From assembly GCA_965112735.1 (NCBI GenBank), contig OZ218960.1, positions 3,224,001 through 3,288,000 on the forward strand: DNA of 64,000 bases, written 5' to 3'. The translations under genes were made by a program, and so were the position numbers. Shown here piece by piece: positions 59,049 to 64,000 of this stretch. Positions within the stretch are counted from its first letter, which is position 1. Each line of letters starts with the position of its first letter. The notes under the pieces are model-generated. The model saw only the letters and a list, made by a program, of their open reading frames with translations, searched no databases and was not told the DNA's origin. Source of the DNA: Phaeosaccion multiseriatum. Taxonomy: Eukaryota; Protista; Ochrophyta, other classes.

Positions 59049-61791
59049 TGCTCCTTGTCCAGCCGCTCCTGCTGTCCCTACTTCCCCTGCCCCGGGCAAT
59101 GGTTGGGCTCTCAAGGGAGCGGCCGAGGCGGGGCGAGGTCGAGGGCGGCGCCGCGAGAGCTTCTTGCCACCCCTTGCCTTTGCCTTGGTGCTTGCCTTTG
59201 CCTCTGTCTCTACATCTATATCTGTCCGTTGTGTCTGTGCCTGAGTCTGCTTCCCTCTCCGAGGGCCCTCCCCCCCCCCCTGGGGATGCTTGCCCCTCCC
59301 GGGGTGGTCCGTCCCGCCTCCCCCTCCACACGCCCTCCCCCGACTATTGCTCCGGCTCGGGCCGAAGCCGACGCGAAATCTATTCCTCTCCGCTCCCCCG
59401 GGGCGGCTCCTTCTCCAGCTGCTGCTGCTGCTTGTCTCCTGTAGCACGCGCCCTGAGTAAGGCACGTGAGCCCCGCCCCCCCGGGTGGTGTCTACCCCCC
59501 CCCTCGGGGCTGGAGCTCCGTCAAAGAAGCTGCCACACACAAGCGAGAAGAAGGTCGCCGCGCCGAATGGGCCCCTTGGCCCATGCAATGCTCCTCCCCC
59601 GCCTCGCCCCTTCTGCTGCTCAGCAGAGTCCACCCCCTGCCCTGTGCCACTAACGTCAGTGCCACTCATGCCTATGCCTACGCCTACACCCCTCCTCCTC
59701 CTCCGCAGGACCCTCTGCGCGTGCGGATGCAGCCTCCGGAGGGGGGCAAGGTAGGCGGGGACGCTTCTCACCTGGACATTGGACATTGGACATTGGACAT
59801 TGGACATTGGACATTGGACATTGGACATTGGACATTGGACATTGGACATTGGACATTGGACATTGGACATTGGACATTGGACATTGGACATTGGACATTG
59901 GACATTGGCGAAGTAGGAGGGTGGGGCACCGGGGCAGCGGGGCGGTGAGTCAGTGGGAGTGGCGGGGCAGTGGTGGAACAGTGGCATAGACGGGGAATAG
60001 GGCAGCCACGGAAGGCAGATGAGAGGCATGTGGGGGATGGGAGTGGCAGATGAGAGGCGTAAGGGGGATGTGAGAGGCATGTGGGGGATGGGAGTGGCAG
60101 ATGAGAGGCGTAAGGGGGATGTGAGAGGCATGTGGGGGATGGGAGTGGCAGATGAGAGGCGTAAGGGGGATGTGAGAGGCATGTGGGGGATGGGAGTGGC
60201 AGATGAGAGGCGTAAGGGGGATGTGAGAGGCATGTGGGGGATGGGAGTGGCAGATGAGAGGCGTAAGGGGGATGTGAGAGGCATGTGGGGGATGGGAGTG
60301 GCAGATGAGAGGCGTAAGGGGGATGTGAGAGGCATGTGGGGGATGGGAGTGGCAGATGAGAGGCGTAAGGGGGATGTGAGAGGCATGTGGGGGATGGGAG
60401 TGGCAGATGAGAGGCGTAAGGGGGATGTGAGAGGCATGTGGGGGATGGGAGTGGCAGATGAGAGGCGTAAGGGGGATGTGAGAGGCATGTGGGGGATGGG
60501 AGTGGCAGATGAGAGGCGTAAGGGGGATGTGAGAGGCATGTGGGGGATGGGAGTGGCAGATGAGAGGCGTAAGGGGGATGTGAGAGGCATGTGGGGGATG
60601 GGAGTGGCAGATGAGAGGCGTAAGGGGGATGTGAGAGGCATGTGGGGGATGGGAGTGGCAGATGAGAGGCGTAAGGGGGATGTGAGAGGCATGTGGGGGA
60701 TGGGAGTGGCAGATGAGAGGCGTAAGGGGGATGTGCGCTGGTCTCGGGCTGCATCGCCGGCCGTTGGCTTTGCATTGGCGAGGAGGGGGAGGGTTGGGAC
60801 TGGCGCCTCTCCCTTGCTTGCCCCTGCTTGTCCTCTCCCCCTCTCACCTTGCCCTGCAGCCGCATCGCGTATAGGAAGTCGTCGCTGCCCAGCCACACCT
60901 CCGCTTTGGACACGCTGCCCCCCGCATCGAACAGCAGAGTCGCGGCCTCTGCATTGCTCAGCCCCCTGCCCTTGCCCTCCTTGCTGCCCCTGTTGCTCTG
61001 AGTGCCCCTAGTGTTATGATTACTGCTCCTCTGATTGCTCCTAAAGCGCATGTCGAGAATAACCTGCCAGAAGAGCATTTTGTCCTCGAAGGAGGGCGCT
61101 CGGGCCGCGATACGCTCCCACGCCTCGGCCCACAGTCGACGCTCGCCGGCCGCCCGACTGCTGCTGCTGCTAGTGATGCTACTGCGGCTCCTTCGTCTCC
61201 CTGAGTTTGTTGCAGCGCCGCTTTCATGCGCTGACCACGCCCCCCGTGTCCCTCCTCCTCCCCAGCCCGAGTCTCCACCCTTGAGCAGCGCAGGCATCTT
61301 CCTCCGAACGAGGGTGCCTCTGCACCAGGCCTGCAGCGTCAGCAGCGAGCCCCACGCCCTCGCGAAGAGGAGCTGCAGCACTCTCCGCCTCGCCAGCCAA
61401 CCCCGCGCCACTCTCTGCATCTCCGTCGCGGCTCCCTCCCTCCCCGGGCCGCTGAGTAAGTGAGGGAGTGAGTGAGTGCGTGGGGAAGTGAGTTAGGGAG
61501 TGAGGGAGTAAGGGAATAGGTGACAGGGAGAGAGGGTGTGAGGGAGCGCGTGAGGGAGCGCGTGAGTGAGTGAGTGAGTGAGTAAGTGAGTGAGTGATCG
61601 AGCGAGTGAGTGATATAAAGCGAGTGAGTTACTCACTTGCCCACCGTCACGGAGAAGCTCACGGTTCGGGGAGGCTTGCACGGGGAGAGACTTCTCGGCC
61701 TCCTCCGCGAAGACCGGGCGGGAGCAGCAGCGTTGGGGCTACTGGTGACGAGTCCTCCGTCGAAAGGAGCCATGCCACTGGAAGCAGTCAT
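58767..61791 (-). CDS. IQ-motif protein of unknown function
   Basis: Exons 61791-61637, 61451-60848, 59771-58767 join in frame. IQ-like MQRVARGWLARRR and LQAWCRGTLVRR. Confidence 0.7.
59774..59908 (+). repeat. (GGACATT)~19 heptamer repeat abutting the splice acceptor
   Basis: Read directly from the sequence. Confidence 0.95.
60019..60732 (+). repeat. 51-bp G-rich minisatellite, 14 near-perfect copies, intronic
   Basis: Unit gtgagaggcatgtgggggatgggagtggcagatgagaggcgtaagggggat; 14 x 17 aa in the ORF track. Confidence 0.95.
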
Positions 61792-61823
61792 GCTCTGTCT
61801 GCCGCAGCCCCCCTCAGCATCAC

Positions 61824-62094
61824 CTCAGGAAATCCAGATACTGCCGCCCCTCCACATCAGTCATGGTGCAGCCGCGAGCCTCCTGCAGCGTGGCCAAAAC
61901 AAACAAAAGTGGGCTCGCAAGTAAGTGGGGTGTAAGATGGAGGTGTGAACGAAGAGGGGGTAGGGCGAAGAGGAAGGAGAAAGGGGATCGTGACAGCCAG
62001 AGGCCCAGCAGGTAGACTCAGGACAAGCACCTACTTTGACCACCACGGGCAGCGGATGATAGTTGTGTGCACCGTACTGATCCTCAAGTCCCAT
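61824..62094 (-). pseudogene. OAT: Two orphan 5' exons of ornithine aminotransferase
   Basis: 62094-62035 plus 61882-61824 splice to MGLEDQYGAHNYHPLPVVVK|EARGCTMTDVEGRQYLDFL, the class-III OAT N-terminus. I saw no downstream AYSAVNQGH exon in the window. Confidence 0.8.
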
Positions 62095-62223
62095 GTAGCC
62101 AGGGCTGAAGCTTAAGTTACCGCCCAACTTGTTTGCTGCCTTACAAATTCCTGCCGTTACACTCTCGTCTCAGTGTCCCACAGACAAAACAAAAGCAAAA
62201 ACAGCACGAAGGGCGCGGCTACG

Positions 62224-63939
62224 ATGGACATGGATGATGACGAGCAGCAGCAGGCGGCCATACGCCTCCAAGCCCTGCACCGGGGAATGCGGGCGCGACA
62301 GAAGACGCGACAGCGGCGACAGCTCAAGCAGACGGAACGGGCGGAGCGTGAGAAGATGGCCACACGGCTGCAGGCTCTCAGCAGAGGCAAGAGGGAAAGG
62401 CAGCTTGCGGGGGAGCGGAGGGAGCGGGTGGCCGCAGCCACTGCGATTCAGACCAAGATACGCGCCAAGCAGGCCACCAGAGGAGGAGGCGGGGAGGCGC
62501 TGAGTGGGCCTGGACATTTCGAGAAGCACTCCATCGCACTCAATGGGGCGGACATTAAGAAGGGCCTTCATACGGTGGGCAGGAACCCGCACACGCTCAC
62601 GCACTGCTACACGGGCCTGACCTTGAAGGACACGCACATTGGCAGCATCGCGGCCATTGCAGACTACCCTTTGCTGCAAAGCGTGGACCTCAGTGGGAAC
62701 TGCATCTCTGACCTGCGCCCGCTGGCCCGCCTTCCCTTCCTCCTCGAGTTTAAGGCGTCCAGCAACTGCGTCAAAGAGTGAGTGATGTGATACTCGAGGG
62801 GTCGAAGCGAGGGGCAAGGCGACGAACCATTGCATCACCTAAACTCATTGCTATCTCTCCCTATCTCTCTCCGCCCCCCGTCCCTCCCTCCCCCCCCTCC
62901 CCCCTCTCCCACTCCCCCCCCCCTCTCCCCCACAGACTACCTGACTTGTCGCTGGTACGTGACGAGGATTACTCGTGGCGGGCCTCGGAGGCGGTGCTCC
63001 AGGATTGGCGCAGCGAGCTCGTGCACAGCGTCAGCATGCTGCACAATCTCGAGCTCGACTGTAACGAAATCGAGGTCATCCGCCCCATGCACGAGCACCG
63101 CTACCTGCAGCGCCTGGTTCTCAGCCACAACAATATTGGCAAGATAGAGGGGCTAGAGGGGCTCCACAGTCTCACTGACCTCGATCTCAGCTTCAATCGC
63201 ATCTCCGCCATTGGTACGGCGCTGAGCGGGCTCGGCATCACGGAGCTCAACCTCGAGCACAATGCCATCTGTGAAGTGGAAGGGGTGGACTCCAACCACC
63301 TCCCCCACCTGGCGACGCTCATGCTTGGTCACAACAAGATCACCACCTTGGGCGGGGCCAAGGGCTGTCTGCAGTTGCGAGCCCTGCACCTCGAGAACAA
63401 CTCCATCACACACATCCGCCAGGTGGAGTGGCTCACAGAGTCCACCGCGCTCTCCTGCCTCGTGCTGGAGGGCTGCCCGGTCATCGGGGAGGAGCTGTAT
63501 CGCCTGCGGGTCATCGCTCGCCTGCTGACCCTGCGCCTGCTCGACAGGACAAGCGTGAGCGCAATGGAGAAGGTGCGAGCGCTGAACCTGCAGGGAGGGG
63601 CCGACTCGGACCTGCCCAATCGCATCAAGACGCACATGGAGGCCTTCCGCGGGCCTAGGGGGGCAGGGGTCTGCGAGGGGGAGGAGATGGCAGTGGATGG
63701 GGAGGGCGAGTGCCTCAACGAACCCTTCTACCACGACATGTTGCCCAAGTGAGTGCCCTGAGTGCTGAGGAGTGAGTGGTGGGTAGTGAGAAGGGAGAGT
63801 CGACCATTGGGTACGGCATGCCGGCCACCCAACCGCATGAGTCCCCTCCCTCCCCCCCCGTCACCGCTGCCCTACCCGTACCCGTCTATCCTGCCCTGCC
63901 TGCAGATACGAGGAGCCCGAGCCGGAGCCCATCTTCTAG
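62224..63939 (+). CDS. IQ + leucine-rich-repeat protein (LRRC23/LRGUK N-terminal-like), probably ciliary
   Basis: Exons 62224-62777, 62936-63748, 63906-63939. Three IQ-like motifs, SDS22-type LRRs, and an LRRcap CPV..YRLRVIARL..LRLLD. Confidence 0.85.
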
Positions 63940-64000
63940 ATAATTTACGCTCTGGGCCCTGCTGCCTCCAAGCAGATTAACAGATGGCTTGGAGGGGGAG

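Noticed and set aside
60019-60732. CRISPR-like array or repeat protein (330-709 aa ORFs)
   Set aside because: Head-to-tail identical units with no spacers, lying inside a GT-AG intron. The ORFs arise because the unit is 51 bp and stop-free in some frames.

Overview
GC-rich, intron-rich eukaryotic nuclear DNA, most likely from a flagellated alga with a red secondary plastid (ochrophyte/stramenopile-like). This is inferred from three signal-peptide+Phe bipartite presequences, WRKY19-like Cys/His repeat genes and cilium-type IQ/LRR genes. Hand-spliced gene models: a full-length SMCHD1/GMI1-like gene (- strand, 30955-15627), whose 3' part also occurs as a recent, diverged inverted copy at 1-6405 running off the window; two paralogous plastid-type Pol I 5'-3' exonucleases, one intact and one with an open frame but degenerate catalytic motifs; an ABHD1/3-like hydrolase; an ankyrin protein; a TauE transporter; an SPPL-type protease; ELF1; an acyl-protein thioesterase; a large disordered protein ending in an SVBP-like helix; a Cys/His-repeat protein; an IQ protein preceded by orphan ornithine aminotransferase exons; and an IQ-LRR (LRRC23/LRGUK-like) gene. 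Non-genic signals: a TIR element carrying a zinc-finger gene relic, two strongly over-represented 15-18 bp motifs found in both introns and exons, and many intronic micro/minisatellites. All exon boundaries and family calls are manual and from memory; no searches were run.
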